A DNA stretch of 33,740 nt from Betaproteobacteria bacterium SG8_40 (lineage in GTDB: Bacteria; Pseudomonadota; Gammaproteobacteria; Burkholderiales; Eutrophovitaceae), in contig LJTS01000001.1 of the NCBI GenBank assembly GCA_001304425.1, positions 1 through 33,740 on the forward strand. The letters are read 5' to 3'. Made by a program: the position numbers and the translations under genes. The notes under the pieces are model-generated. The model saw nothing but the letters and a program-made list of their open reading frames with translations, was not told the origin of the DNA and made no database searches. Within the stretch, counting starts at the first letter, position 1, and each line of letters opens with the position of its first letter. Shown here piece after piece: positions 16,389 through 26,930 of the stretch.

Positions 16389-16811
16389 CTAGATGCGTTC
16401 CCAGATTTCCGTCTCGTCGTCGAGCCGGGCTTGCTCGAGGCCGCGGAAGTCGCCCTTGGAGACAATGCCGATGACGAGGCCGTTGTCGATGACGGGAATG
16501 TGACGAAAGCCGCCGTCCTGCATCAGGTGCAGTGCGTCGTTGGCCGTGCTGCCGGGCTTCATGGTCACGGGGGCTGTGGTCATGACGTCCTCGAGCCGCG
16601 TGTTCGCCGGGTCGCGTCCTTCTGCCAGCACCCGGCACACCGCATCGCGGCCGGTAAAAATCCCTGTGAGCCGGTTCTTTTCCTCTACCACTAGGATTGC
16701 GCCGATACGGTGCTTTCGCATCAGCGAGCACGCCTCCTGCACCGAAGCGCCCGGCGTTAGCGTAACCGGATGCTGATTGTGGACGATGTCCAGCATGTGT
16801 CTTTCTGTCAT
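16389..16811 (-). CDS. CBS domain pair protein
   Basis: 140 aa with two CBS repeats (HRIGAILVV...GIFTGRD and FRHIPVID...GIVSKGD). Confidence 0.9.
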   Translation of the reverse strand: MTERHMLDIVHNQHPVTLTPGASVQEACSLMRKHRIGAILVVEEKNRLTGIFTGRDAVCRVLAEGRDPANTRLEDVMTTAPVTMKPGSTANDALHLMQDGGFRHIPVIDNGLVIGIVSKGDFRGLEQARLDDETEIWERI

Positions 16812-17163
16812 GACGCTCCCTCCTTGCCGTTTCCTCAGTCGCTCTCCCGCCCGAAATCGTTCAACGTACGCCCATGCGCTGCAACAACTGCCAAGTGTGC
16901 GCGTCTACGCCAACGACTGTACATTAGTGAAATCTATCGCCAGGCGGCAAGCGGCCAATTGATCTGGATCACGACCACGCTTGCCGGATCGGGCAACCGT
17001 CGCTGCAGGGTTCCGGCGGACGATAGGGCAGAGTCAGCTCCCGGCGCGGGGCCACCGCTCGCCATCGGGAACGTCGCGCAGGTTCTTGGCTCGGATCGGC
17101 GACGCGCGCTCGCTTCGTATATCATCGGCCTGTCATCGGGTACCGGAAAACGGGGATCAAGCC

Positions 17164-17592
17164 ATGAATGAAGCGCTCGCCTTCGACCACGTTCATTTAC
17201 TCAGCCGTGACGCCAGGGCGGCGGCCGACTGGTACAAGGAGATATTCGGCGGAGAGATCAGCGCGGTGCAGGAAAATCTCCGCGGAGCACCGCAGATCGA
17301 CGTTCGGGTTGGCGGCATGACCATCGTGATCCGCGGCCGGCGGCCAGGAGAGAATCCGGTTGACACGAAACCGATGCGGCATTTCGACGGTTATTCCAGT
17401 CACGACGAGTGGGGAACCGACCACTTCGGCTTTACCTATCGCGGTGACCTGATGGCGTTTTGCGAGCAGCTGAAGCAAAAGGGCGTGCGCATGGCGGTCG
17501 AACCGTGGGAGTTCAAGCCCGGTATGGTCCTCTGTTATGTTGCCGCTCCCGACGGCGTCAGCATCGAGCTCATTCAGGCCCCGGGGCAGTAA
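17164..17592 (+). CDS. VOC (glyoxalase/bleomycin-resistance/dioxygenase) family protein
   Basis: ATG at 17164 within ORF 16981..17592. FDHVHLLSRDARAAADWYKEIFG at the start and DPDGVSIELIQ-like at the end are typical VOC. Confidence 0.8.
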   Translation: MNEALAFDHVHLLSRDARAAADWYKEIFGGEISAVQENLRGAPQIDVRVGGMTIVIRGRRPGENPVDTKPMRHFDGYSSHDEWGTDHFGFTYRGDLMAFCEQLKQKGVRMAVEPWEFKPGMVLCYVAAPDGVSIELIQAPGQ

Positions 17593-17677
17593 CTGCCTCG
17601 CCGCGATGTGCCGGCACCGCTGTGTCAATATGTTACCGGGGACTGTTGTGGGTCTTACGATGCGCGAGGAATGGAAC

Positions 17678-18274
17678 ATGCGTGAGCGCTTTGGCAGTTG
17701 TCTTTCAATACTGGCCGCCTTTCTTGCATTTTTCACTACCTGGCCGGCAGCCGGCGCGGACAGCGAACTCACCATCAGCAATACAGCGATGCGCAAGATG
17801 CTGATGGACCAACTGTATACCGATCATGGCAAATATCACTTGCTGCGCGGGTCGCGTTGCCAGTTCGCCTATCTGGATTCACCGGCGGTGAATATTTCGC
17901 GCGGCCGCGTCAGCCTCAGGACGCACCTGACCGGATTGCTTGGAATGGAGGGCACGAACGGCTGCGTGGGCTCGCCCGAGTCGATGGATCTGACGGTTTC
18001 CGGGCGGCCTTATTTCTCGGGCGAGTATATCGGTCTGACCGACATCCGGGTCGATCAGGTATCCAACGAGTTGTACAGAATCGTATTGCAGAACTTTCTT
18101 GATCTGGCGTTGCCCAGAGCGCTCGAGATCAACCTGCGACAGGGACTCGAGCAGTTGATCTCCGATCAGCGCTCTTCCTACGAAGTCACTGTCAGCAGGC
18201 TTGTTGTGACCAATCTCACCGCAGAAGACAACCGAATCCATGCTAACGTCTCCTTTGCCCTGTCGGCCAGATAA
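17678..18274 (+). CDS. secreted hypothetical protein (faint YceB/DUF1439-like pattern)
   Basis: ATG at 17678, alternative at 17660. Signal peptide ...LAFFTTWPAAGA. The family guess rests only on loose motif resemblance. Confidence 0.55.
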   Translation: MRERFGSCLSILAAFLAFFTTWPAAGADSELTISNTAMRKMLMDQLYTDHGKYHLLRGSRCQFAYLDSPAVNISRGRVSLRTHLTGLLGMEGTNGCVGSPESMDLTVSGRPYFSGEYIGLTDIRVDQVSNELYRIVLQNFLDLALPRALEINLRQGLEQLISDQRSSYEVTVSRLVVTNLTAEDNRIHANVSFALSAR

Positions 18275-18368
18275 GCGGAACCGCCGGTTTGCTGGCGAAA
18301 AGTTTGCCCGCAAGGCTTGCGATGAGTCTTGTGTATATGGTGTTGCCTGATCGTCAACGGGTTCGAAG

Positions 18369-19352
18369 ATGCGGATTCTTGTGTTGAGACAGTCGCGTGA
18401 TTCGGACGATCTGGATCGGGGTGAAACGTTTTCCCGGCGTCAACGGGCGGTCATTGTCCAGGCGGTTTTCTGCGCCTTCCTCCTGTTCTTCACGGAGATT
18501 ACCTTTTCTCAAGAGCTGTCACCGCGCGCCTACTGGCCGGCGCCGCACGGAACGAAGATCGCGTTTGCCGGTTACGCCTATTCAACCGGGGACATAGTGA
18601 CTGACCCGTCATTGCCGGTTGTCGGGGTCGATTCAACAATACGCACCGGAGTAATCGGCTATCAACAGACCATCAACCTTGCAGGGCGAACCGCCAATTT
18701 CCAGTTTGAGTTGCCGTACACCGATGGTTCCACCGACGGTGTGTTTCAAGGCGATCCCGTCAACCGCGAAGTCAGCGGCATCGGCGACGTCGCCGCAACA
18801 CTGTCGGTCAACCTCATGGGTGCACCGACGATGACGGTCGCCGAGTTCCAGAAATATCGTCAGGATCCGCAACCGCTTGTTGCAACCAGCCTGAAAGTGG
18901 TTGCGCCCACGGGCGAGTATGAGCCGGACAAACTGATCAACATCGGCACGAATCGCTGGGCCGCGAAAATCAAGCTGGCTTATCTGCGTCCGATGCCGGC
19001 AAAGTGGGTGCTGGAAATGGCGGCGGGCGTGTGGTTTTTCGAAGATAACGAAGAATTCCTGGGGAGCAGGCGCGAGCAGGAACCGATTACGGCACTTGAT
19101 CTGAGTCTGGTCAAACGCCTTCGGCCCGGTTTCTGGGGGTCGATTGACGCCAACTATTACCTGGGCGGGCGTACGATCATCGATGGTGACAAGCGCGCCG
19201 ACTTTCAGCGCAATTCGCGTTTGGGCGTATCCCTCGCTTATCCGTTCGGTGGGCGTCATGCCGTGAAGGCAAGTGCCAACTTTGGCGTTGTGACGGAATC
19301 CGGAGGGGATTACAACACGCTCATGCTGAATTATTTCTACCGAATCCGCTAG
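18369..19352 (+). CDS. outer-membrane channel of the MetA-pathway/phenol-degradation-like transporter family
   Basis: Signal-like N-terminus, then LSPRAYWPAPHGTKIAFAGYAYSTGD, a motif I associate with this barrel family. The pattern is strand-like throughout. Confidence 0.65.
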   Translation: MRILVLRQSRDSDDLDRGETFSRRQRAVIVQAVFCAFLLFFTEITFSQELSPRAYWPAPHGTKIAFAGYAYSTGDIVTDPSLPVVGVDSTIRTGVIGYQQTINLAGRTANFQFELPYTDGSTDGVFQGDPVNREVSGIGDVAATLSVNLMGAPTMTVAEFQKYRQDPQPLVATSLKVVAPTGEYEPDKLINIGTNRWAAKIKLAYLRPMPAKWVLEMAAGVWFFEDNEEFLGSRREQEPITALDLSLVKRLRPGFWGSIDANYYLGGRTIIDGDKRADFQRNSRLGVSLAYPFGGRHAVKASANFGVVTESGGDYNTLMLNYFYRIR

Positions 19353-19485
19353 AGGCCCAGACCTCGGCAGGCCGGAAGCAGAGATTCAGGGGGGGGCGAC
19401 GATTGCCAAGGGCGGAAACGCCGCGCCTGCCATCCGTTCATACTGCAGCAGTGCCGTCGCCGCGTGCGACCAGCCAGTGCCCACA

Positions 19486-19514
19486 TTGACGCCTGTGCGG
19501 GCGGCGGAGATACT
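19486..19514 (+). promoter_or_regulatory. sigma70-like promoter candidate for the amidase gene
   Basis: TTGACG (19486-19491), 17-nt spacer, GATACT (19509-19514). It lies 57 nt upstream of the GTG at 19571. Confidence 0.3.
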
Positions 19515-19570
19515 GTGGCGGCGGGTCGCTCGTCGCGACGGATGCCGAACGATATCGAAAGGAGCCTTTT

Positions 19571-20995
19571 GTGAGCGGATTTGCGCCGTATGCCAGCATT
19601 GTTGAACTTGCGCGCGCGCTGCGCAAAGGGTCCATTACACCGACTGCACTGGCTGAAGGCTACCTCGAGCGCATCGAAAAGCTCAACGGCAGGCTCGGCG
19701 CATTCAAACGGGTGACGCCCGAGCGGGCAATGGCACAGGCAAGGGCGGCCGAGGCTGAAATGTCAGCCGGCATCGATCGCGGACCACTGCACGGCATTCC
19801 GTACGCCGCCAAGGATTTGTACGATGTCGCCGGCGAGCCGACGACTGCCGGCTGTCCGTTGCTCGAGTCGAACATTGCCGCGCGAGATGGAGCGGTGATT
19901 CGCAAGTTGAATGACGCCGGTGCCGTTTTGCTGGGTAAGACGGTGACGGTGCAGTTCGCCTATGGCGGCGCCGGCATCAACAACCAGCACGGCACGCCGC
20001 ATAACCCGTGGCACAAGGAACCGCACCTGCCGGGCGGTTCGAGTAGCGGATCGGCGGTCGCCGTCGCCAGCGGCATGGCGCCGATGGCGCTCGGCAGCGA
20101 CACCGGTGGCTCGGTGCGCATTCCGGCGGCGTTGTGCGGGATCTCCGGTTTGAAAACCACGGTCGGGCAGATCAGCCGTGCCGGCGTGTTTCCGTTGAGC
20201 TGGAGCCTTGATTCGGTCGGACCGTTGACGCGGACGGTTGAGGACTCGGCCCTCAGTTACCGTGCGATTGCCGGTCCGGACCCGGACGATGGCAGTACCC
20301 GTGACTATCGCCACGCGGATGTCGTGACAGGGCTCGGGCGGGGCGTCGCCGGAATGCGGCTGGCTTTTGCCGAAAGCGTTTTCTTCGACGATGCGGATGA
20401 AGACGTTGTCGCGCTCGTTCGCGGCACCGGAGATGTCTTCCGCAAACTGGGTGCACAGGTCAGCTCGGTCGAGTTTCCGCAGGCGCGGCAGGCAGTCGAA
20501 TTGAATCCGCGAGGCCTGGTGATCGCGGCCGAAGCCTACACGCTCAACCGGAACTTGCTCGACACTCGTTTTGACGAACTCGATCCAATCGTGGCGCATC
20601 GGATGATCAAGGGCGCGGAGATCCCTGCGCATGAGTACCTGCGAATCGAGCTGGCGTGGCGTGCATTGCGTGCCAGCGCAATGCGGGAACTGTCGGATGT
20701 GGATGCATTGTTGTGCCCGACGGTGATGATTCCGGCAACGCCGGTGGCCGAGGCAGCGAAAGACATGGAGCGATACAGCAAACGCAACCTGCAATGCCTG
20801 CGCAACACGGCGATTGGGAACATCCTCAATCTGTGCGCGGTGACGGTGCCTTGCGGCTTCACCAAATCCGGTTTGCCAGTCGGTTTGATGATTTATGGCA
20901 AGTCATTCGACGAAGCAACGGTGTTGCGCGTTGGCCACGCCTTTCAGACGGTCACTGACTGGCATTTGCGGACGCCGGTGCTCGATTGGGTCTGA
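19571..20995 (+). CDS. amidase signature (AS) family amidase
   Basis: GTG start after AAAGGAG. GGSSSGSAVAVA signature with the upstream K and Ser-cisSer context (GSDTGGSVRIPA). Confidence 0.9.
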   Translation: MSGFAPYASIVELARALRKGSITPTALAEGYLERIEKLNGRLGAFKRVTPERAMAQARAAEAEMSAGIDRGPLHGIPYAAKDLYDVAGEPTTAGCPLLESNIAARDGAVIRKLNDAGAVLLGKTVTVQFAYGGAGINNQHGTPHNPWHKEPHLPGGSSSGSAVAVASGMAPMALGSDTGGSVRIPAALCGISGLKTTVGQISRAGVFPLSWSLDSVGPLTRTVEDSALSYRAIAGPDPDDGSTRDYRHADVVTGLGRGVAGMRLAFAESVFFDDADEDVVALVRGTGDVFRKLGAQVSSVEFPQARQAVELNPRGLVIAAEAYTLNRNLLDTRFDELDPIVAHRMIKGAEIPAHEYLRIELAWRALRASAMRELSDVDALLCPTVMIPATPVAEAAKDMERYSKRNLQCLRNTAIGNILNLCAVTVPCGFTKSGLPVGLMIYGKSFDEATVLRVGHAFQTVTDWHLRTPVLDWV

Positions 20996-21061
20996 TTTGC
21001 GATCGCGCCGATTGCCGTCGATTCCTGGTTTTCATCGGGTTTTCGGCCGAGAATAGCCCGC

Positions 21062-22681
21062 GTGCCTTCCGCAAGCGACAATCAGTTTGATGTCATTGTC
21101 ATTGGTGCCGGCCACAATGGCCTGACATGTGCCGGCTATCTGGCGCGCGCCGGCTTGCGCGTCAAGGTTGTCGAGCGGCGCCATGTGGTCGGCGGCGCAG
21201 CGGTGACCGAAGAATTCCATCCCGGTTTTCGCAATTCGGTCTGTTCGTACGTCGTGAGCCTGCTGAATCCGAAGATTATTCGCGATCTGCAGCTCGGGAA
21301 GTTCGGGCTGACCATACTCGACCGCCCGTCCGGATCGTTTTGCCTCCTGCCAGACGGAGATCATTTGCATGTGAGCCGCGATGCCGCCGTTGCCCGCGCC
21401 GAGATTGCCCGGTTTTCCGGAAAGGACGCGGCGGCATACGATGCTTTTGACAAGGAGATCACGGAAATGGCACAAGTGCTGCGCGAGGTTGTGCAGCAGC
21501 CGGCGCCCAACATCGGCGGTGGCGTGCGCGATCTGTGGTCGGCATTGAAACTGGGCAACCGCTTGCGCAAGCTGTCGGTACGCCAGCAGGCCACGCTCGC
21601 CGATCTCATGACGATGAGCGTCGGCGATTATCTGGATCGCTGGTTCGAGAGCGATCCGATCAAGGGCGACTTCGGCTACGAAGGCATTGTCGGCAACATG
21701 GTCAGCCCGTATCACCCGGGCACCGCCTACGTATTGCTTCACCATGCGTTCGGCGAAGTCAACGGCCGTACAGCAGCGTGGGGCCATGCCAAAGGCGGCA
21801 TGGGTGCGATCACGCAGGCAATGGCACGGTCGGCCGAAGCGCACGGTGCGGACATCGAGGTGTCCTCGCCGGTGCGTGAGGTCATCGTCGAGGGTGGCCG
21901 GGCACGTGGCGTGGTGCTCGAAGACGGCCGCAGTGTTCGTGCCCGTGTCGTGTCGGCCAACGTAAACCCGAAGCTGTTGTTCCTCAAGCTGATCGATCCG
22001 GCGTTGCTACCGGAAGATTTCCGCCGCCGCATGAACGGTTGGCGATGTCGCTCCGGTACGTTCCGGATGAACGTGGCGTTGAGCGAATTGCCGCGTTTCG
22101 CCTCGCTTGACGGCAAGAACGATGAGGCAAAACTCACCGGCACCATCAACATTGCACCTTCGCTCGCGTATCTGGACCGAGCCTTCGACGATGCCAAGGC
22201 GGGCGGCTGGGCCCGCGAGCCGGTGATTTCGATGTGCCTGCCGTCGCTTCTCGACGATACGCTCGCGCCGCCCGGATGCCATGTGATGAGCCTTTTCTGC
22301 CAGCACTTCAATCCGGTGCTGTCCGACGGGCGTTGCTGGGACGATGTCAAGGAGCAGGTCGCCGACCTCATAGTGCAAACGGTGACACGGTACGCACCGA
22401 ACTTTGGCAATTCGATTGTCGGCCGTCAGGTGCTGAGTCCGCTCGACCTGGAACGCGAATTCGGGCTCACCGGCGGCGACATTTTTCACGGTGCGCTGCA
22501 CCTGGATCAGATCTATTCGTTACGCCCGGCGGCGGGTTACGCCGATTACCGCACACCGGTCAGCGGCCTTTACCTGTGCGGTTCCGGTGCACATCCGGGC
22601 GGCGGTGTCACCGGCCTGCCCGGCCATCACGCAGCGCAAGCGATTGTCAGCGATCTGAAGCGCGCAAAGGCGCGTGCCTGA
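21062..22681 (+). CDS. FAD-dependent oxidoreductase, phytoene desaturase (CrtI-like) family
   Basis: Rossmann motif FDVIVIGAGHNGLTCAGYLARAGLRVKVVERRHVVGG, with length and C-terminus typical of CrtI-like proteins. Confidence 0.88.
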   Translation: MPSASDNQFDVIVIGAGHNGLTCAGYLARAGLRVKVVERRHVVGGAAVTEEFHPGFRNSVCSYVVSLLNPKIIRDLQLGKFGLTILDRPSGSFCLLPDGDHLHVSRDAAVARAEIARFSGKDAAAYDAFDKEITEMAQVLREVVQQPAPNIGGGVRDLWSALKLGNRLRKLSVRQQATLADLMTMSVGDYLDRWFESDPIKGDFGYEGIVGNMVSPYHPGTAYVLLHHAFGEVNGRTAAWGHAKGGMGAITQAMARSAEAHGADIEVSSPVREVIVEGGRARGVVLEDGRSVRARVVSANVNPKLLFLKLIDPALLPEDFRRRMNGWRCRSGTFRMNVALSELPRFASLDGKNDEAKLTGTINIAPSLAYLDRAFDDAKAGGWAREPVISMCLPSLLDDTLAPPGCHVMSLFCQHFNPVLSDGRCWDDVKEQVADLIVQTVTRYAPNFGNSIVGRQVLSPLDLEREFGLTGGDIFHGALHLDQIYSLRPAAGYADYRTPVSGLYLCGSGAHPGGGVTGLPGHHAAQAIVSDLKRAKARA

Positions 22682-22756
22682 GCGCTAGCCTGTCGGGCAT
22701 GCCGTGCGTTTCGATTGCACGGTTTCGCGGCAAACGCTTGTTCCATACGCCTGTTG

Positions 22757-24622
22757 TCAAAGCGGCCAGACGATCAGCAGCAACGGGATACTCACTGCGG
22801 CAACCAGTATTTCCAGCGGCAGTCCGAGTCGCCAATAGTCACCGAAGCGAAAGCCGCCCGGGCCAAGAATGAGCGTGTTGTTCTGGTGCCCGATCGGGGT
22901 GAGAAAGGCGCATGATGCGCCGATGGCGACCGCCATCAGAAAAGTGTCGGTGTTCACGCCAAGCGCTGACGCGGTGCCGATTGCGATCGGGCACATGACG
23001 GCGGCAGTGGCGGCATTGTTCATCAGGTCCGAGAGAGACATCGATGCCACCAGGATAATTGCCAGACCGAGGACAGCGTTGCCCTGGGCAAGATTGTCCA
23101 GCAGCGACTGTGCAATGAGATTGGCCATCCCGGTCGACTCCATTGCGCCCGCGACCGGAATCAGCGCGCCGAGCAGGATCACCACCGGCCAGTCGATGGC
23201 GTCATAGACCATCCGCAGCGGGATGGTGCGCAGGGCCATCGACGCCAGGACGCCGAGCGCAAAAGAGATTGCGGCCGGCAGCAAGCCGAAAGCGGCGCCT
23301 CCGATCGCGGCGGCCATGATGGCTGCCGCGATTGCAGCCTTGCGTTTGTCGGGTATGCGTAACTCGCGCTCGGCTAACGGAACACAACCGGCATCTGATG
23401 CGAATTCATGCAGAACGTCGAGCGGACCTTGCATCAGGAGCAGATCGCCAGGCTGGATGCGCAAGGTGCGCAAGCGCGCCCGGGAACGTGTGCCCTCGCG
23501 CGATACCGCCAGCAGGTTCAATCCGTAACGGGCACGCAACTGCAGCTCTCGTGCGGAACGCCCGGCGATGGCCGCTTCCGGGCGAACCACGAACTCCATC
23601 AGGACGATTTCATCGGTGGAAGAGGATTTCTCACCGGCTTCGTCCGGTTGCTGATCTTCGTCACTACCGGCAGGCATTTCCTGGTGCACCGGCTTGGGTT
23701 GGTCGACGTCTTGCGTTTTCGAGGGCCCCGACGCGACCGCTTCTTCCAGTTTAAGGCCCAGCCGAGACAGAATTCCCGATAGCGATTCGACATCGGCTTC
23801 GATGATGAGTATGTCGTCTGCCCAAACCCTGCGCCCGGCGCGGGGCGCGGTCAGGCGCACGTCGTTGCGGACGAGGCCAACGACCTGCGCGTCGATCTCG
23901 TCGAGTTCGGTCTCGATGTCACGCAGTGCCATGCCGGCCGCCTTGCTGTCCGCGCTTACGCGTACTTCGGTCAGATAGGCGCCGGTCTCGAATCGTTCGG
24001 TGGCGGCATGCTTGCGTCGCGGTACCAGCTTCCAGCCAACGAGGACGATGAAGAGAACGCCGGCCACGGCAACTGCGGCGCCGACCGGCGTGAAATCGAA
24101 CATGGCAAAACTGTCCGGCCCGGCCTGCGCGCGAAATGCCGACACGACCAGGTTGGGCGGTGTGCCGATCATGGTGGTCATGCCGCCGAGAATGGTGCCG
24201 AAGGAAAGCGGCATCAGTATCCGTCCGGGCGGCATGTCCAGCCGCCCGGCCAGCCGGATGGCTACCGGCATCAACAAGGCCATTGCGCCGACGTTGTTCA
24301 TGAAGCTGGAGAACAAGGCGCCCAGCCCGACCAGCGCTGCCAGGCTCAGTGTGGTCCCGGCATGCCCCGGCAGCGCGTGACGGGTCATTGCATCGACTGC
24401 TCCCGAGATCTGCAGCGCCTTGCTCAGTACCAGCACGCAAGCGACGGTGATTACCGCAGGATGGCCAAATCCGGAGAAGGCGTCCCCGGGTGCAATCAAC
24501 CCGAACAGCACGCATGCCAGCAATGATCCGGCAGCGACCATGTCGTGCCGCCAACGGCCCCAGAAAAACATGGCGACGGTCGCGACCAGGACGACGGAAA
24601 TGAAGAGTTGGTCATCAGTCAT
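22757..24622 (-). CDS. SLC13/DASS family permease with two central TrkA-C (RCK_C) domains
   Basis: 621 aa. Polytopic halves flank two RCK_C-like segments (EVRVSADSKAAGMALRDIE... and EFVVRPEAAIAGRSARELQ...). Confidence 0.9.
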   Translation of the reverse strand: MTDDQLFISVVLVATVAMFFWGRWRHDMVAAGSLLACVLFGLIAPGDAFSGFGHPAVITVACVLVLSKALQISGAVDAMTRHALPGHAGTTLSLAALVGLGALFSSFMNNVGAMALLMPVAIRLAGRLDMPPGRILMPLSFGTILGGMTTMIGTPPNLVVSAFRAQAGPDSFAMFDFTPVGAAVAVAGVLFIVLVGWKLVPRRKHAATERFETGAYLTEVRVSADSKAAGMALRDIETELDEIDAQVVGLVRNDVRLTAPRAGRRVWADDILIIEADVESLSGILSRLGLKLEEAVASGPSKTQDVDQPKPVHQEMPAGSDEDQQPDEAGEKSSSTDEIVLMEFVVRPEAAIAGRSARELQLRARYGLNLLAVSREGTRSRARLRTLRIQPGDLLLMQGPLDVLHEFASDAGCVPLAERELRIPDKRKAAIAAAIMAAAIGGAAFGLLPAAISFALGVLASMALRTIPLRMVYDAIDWPVVILLGALIPVAGAMESTGMANLIAQSLLDNLAQGNAVLGLAIILVASMSLSDLMNNAATAAVMCPIAIGTASALGVNTDTFLMAVAIGASCAFLTPIGHQNNTLILGPGGFRFGDYWRLGLPLEILVAAVSIPLLLIVWPL

Positions 24623-25056
24623 GTGGATTGCCGCGCGAATGAATCATCGGGACCGGGTCGGTACGCAACTACGCTGATCATAACGTGTTGACGCAAGTCT
24701 GTCGGTTGCGCGGCCAACCAGGGTTGCGCCCCTGCCTTGTTCGGGTACAGCATGAGTCCTGTCGAACAATGCCGTCATGTGCGTGTCCCGGGCGCTGTGG
24801 GAGCAGGCTCGCCGCTGCATTGAGGGCGGATCCGCCTGCCTCGACAGACAAGCCGATGCAACAGAAGGAAAGACGCGGGCGAGTCGCTGGTATGCTGTCC
24901 ATGTGTGCCGCATGATCCAGGGGCAAGGCGGTTGCCGGGGCCCGATCGCTCGTGGGTCGCGGCTACGACACGCCGGCTTGCCGCGGGCACGAAACAGCGC
25001 GGCGGGTCGACGAGACTGGCAGCGCAAACTGAAAATTCTGATAACAGGATCACCGG

Positions 25057-25854
25057 ATGAAGACGCTTGAAGGAGTAATTGCCCTCGTGACAGGCGGTGG
25101 CCGTGGTATCGGCGCCGCAATTGCCGAGCGCTATGCAAACGACGGTGCGGCGGTTGTGGTGGCGGACCTCGATGAGGCCAATGCGCGCGGTGTTGCAGAC
25201 CGGTTGCGTGCACGCGGTGTGGAAGCCGAATCGCTCGCCGTGGATGTACGTGAGCCGGAACAGAGCGCGGCGATGATCAAGCGCGTTGTGGAACGCTTCG
25301 GACGGCTTGATGTGCTGGTGAACAATGCCGGCGTGATACGTGTGCGTTCGCTGTTGGATACGAGCCCGGACGACTGGGACCATGTCCAGTCGGTCAATGC
25401 GCGCGGGCTGTTCTTCGCACTCCAGGCAGGGGCGCGCCACATGCTGGACCAGGAGCCGATGGCGCCGGGACGTCCGAGCGGAAAGATCATCAATATGGCA
25501 TCGATTGCCGGACGGGGCGGGCGCAAATTGATGGCCGCCTATTCCGCCAGCAAGGCGGCAGCAATTGTCATCACGCAGACGGCAGCAGTCGAGTTCGCCC
25601 CCAGGCTGACCGTGAACAGCATCTGTCCCGGCCCGGTCGGCACCGACATGTGGACGCAGATCGATCGCGAGTGGGCCGAGCACGAGCAGCGGCCGATCGG
25701 TTCGGTGTGGGAGGAACGCGTACGCGCCATTCCGATGAAGCGGACCGAGACCCCCGATGACGTGGCGGCGATGGCGGCGTTCCTTGCCAGCAAGGACTCC
25801 GACTTCATCACCGGGCAGTCGTATCACGTCGACGGTGGATTATTGATGCTCTAG
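25057..25854 (+). CDS. SDR family oxidoreductase
   Basis: TGGGRGIG cofactor motif, NNAG, and the YSASK catalytic motif. Confidence 0.92.
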   Translation: MKTLEGVIALVTGGGRGIGAAIAERYANDGAAVVVADLDEANARGVADRLRARGVEAESLAVDVREPEQSAAMIKRVVERFGRLDVLVNNAGVIRVRSLLDTSPDDWDHVQSVNARGLFFALQAGARHMLDQEPMAPGRPSGKIINMASIAGRGGRKLMAAYSASKAAAIVITQTAAVEFAPRLTVNSICPGPVGTDMWTQIDREWAEHEQRPIGSVWEERVRAIPMKRTETPDDVAAMAAFLASKDSDFITGQSYHVDGGLLML

Positions 25855-25933
25855 GGCCTTCAGCTGGCGTTTTGTCGCCGTGCCGGCACGGCTGTGTGCC
25901 GCCGTGCCCGCGCCGCATAACGAAAGGACGGAA

Positions 25934-26803
25934 ATGAAAATCAGCGCCGGAGACTTCCGGGTTCCACCTCGCGAACGCGTCAAGCTCGACCAGTGGCCGA
26001 CGCGGGTCAAACCGGTTTACAAGTCCAAAGAAGAATACAACAAGCTGCTCGCCAAACACACGGCGGAGCTGAACGAGCAACAGGAGCGACAGTATGCGTC
26101 GGACCGCTACGCCGTGCTGCTGATCTTTCAGGCGATGGATGCCGCGGGGAAGGACGGTGCCATCAAACATGTCATGTCGGGCGTTAATCCGCAAGGCTGC
26201 CAGGTGTTCAGTTTCAAACACCCGGTTGCAACCGAGCTCGATCACGATTTCCTGTGGCGCACGACGAGGGCCCTGCCCGAGCGCGGACGGATCGGCATCT
26301 TCAACCGGTCCTATTACGAAGAGGTGCTGGTCGTTCGCGTGCACCCGGAGATATTGGAGGCGCAACGTATTCCCGATGCGGTTCTGAACGCAGAAACGAT
26401 CTGGCAGGAACGCTATGACTCGATTGTTGGTCTCGAGCAGCATCTGCACCGCAACGGCACGCGCATTGTCAAATTCTTCCTGCATGTTTCCAAAGAGGAA
26501 CAACGCAAGCGGTTGCTGGCACGCATCGACGAACCCGAAAAGAACTGGAAAATCGGTCTCGGCGATATCCGGGAGAGGGCGTTCTGGGATCAGTACATGC
26601 ATGCCTATGAAGAATGCCTCAGCGCCACCAGTACACCTGAGGCACCGTGGTATGTCGTACCGGCCGACGATAAAAAGAATGCCCGCCTGATCATCTCGCA
26701 GGTCATCCTGGAGACGTTCAGGTCGCTTAAACTATCGTACCCGGAAGCGGGGAAGGAGCACCGCAAGGCATTGAAGACGATGCGCAGACAACTGGCGAAA
26801 TGA
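25934..26803 (+). CDS. polyphosphate kinase 2 (PPK2) family protein
   Basis: ATG at 25934 after AAAGGA. Walker-A-like [11 protein letters not shown] and the FNRSYYE motif are typical of PPK2. Confidence 0.9.
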   Translation: MKISAGDFRVPPRERVKLDQWPTRVKPVYKSKEEYNKLLAKHTAELNEQQERQYASDRYAVLLIFQAMDAAGKDGAIKHVMSGVNPQGCQVFSFKHPVATELDHDFLWRTTRALPERGRIGIFNRSYYEEVLVVRVHPEILEAQRIPDAVLNAETIWQERYDSIVGLEQHLHRNGTRIVKFFLHVSKEEQRKRLLARIDEPEKNWKIGLGDIRERAFWDQYMHAYEECLSATSTPEAPWYVVPADDKKNARLIISQVILETFRSLKLSYPEAGKEHRKALKTMRRQLAK

Positions 26804-26930
26804 GGAGGCCGCGCTGCATGGCGCGCGAGCGTGCCGATTTGAGCGATACGGAACTGGTCCGGGTTCTTGTCACTGGTTGCCGAACCGGCGCCGCATGGAC
26901 GGGGATGACAACAAGAACGGGAGGAAAAGC

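Noticed and set aside
19763-21844. Minus-strand ORFs of 343 aa and 270 aa opposite the amidase and CrtI-like genes.
   Set aside because: These are shadow ORFs; the plus-strand products carry the AS signature and a Rossmann motif.
24623-25056. A 434-bp intergenic region between the SLC13 and SDR genes containing a perfect 12-nt palindrome GGCGGATCCGCC (24825-24836).
   Set aside because: The palindrome is single and isolated with no second half-site. I recognise no riboswitch-like conserved core, and there is no credible small ORF. It is probably ordinary divergent promoter space.
24775-25827. A 350-aa minus-strand ORF opposite the SDR gene.
   Set aside because: This is a shadow ORF; the plus strand has the [12 protein letters not shown] and YSASK motifs.
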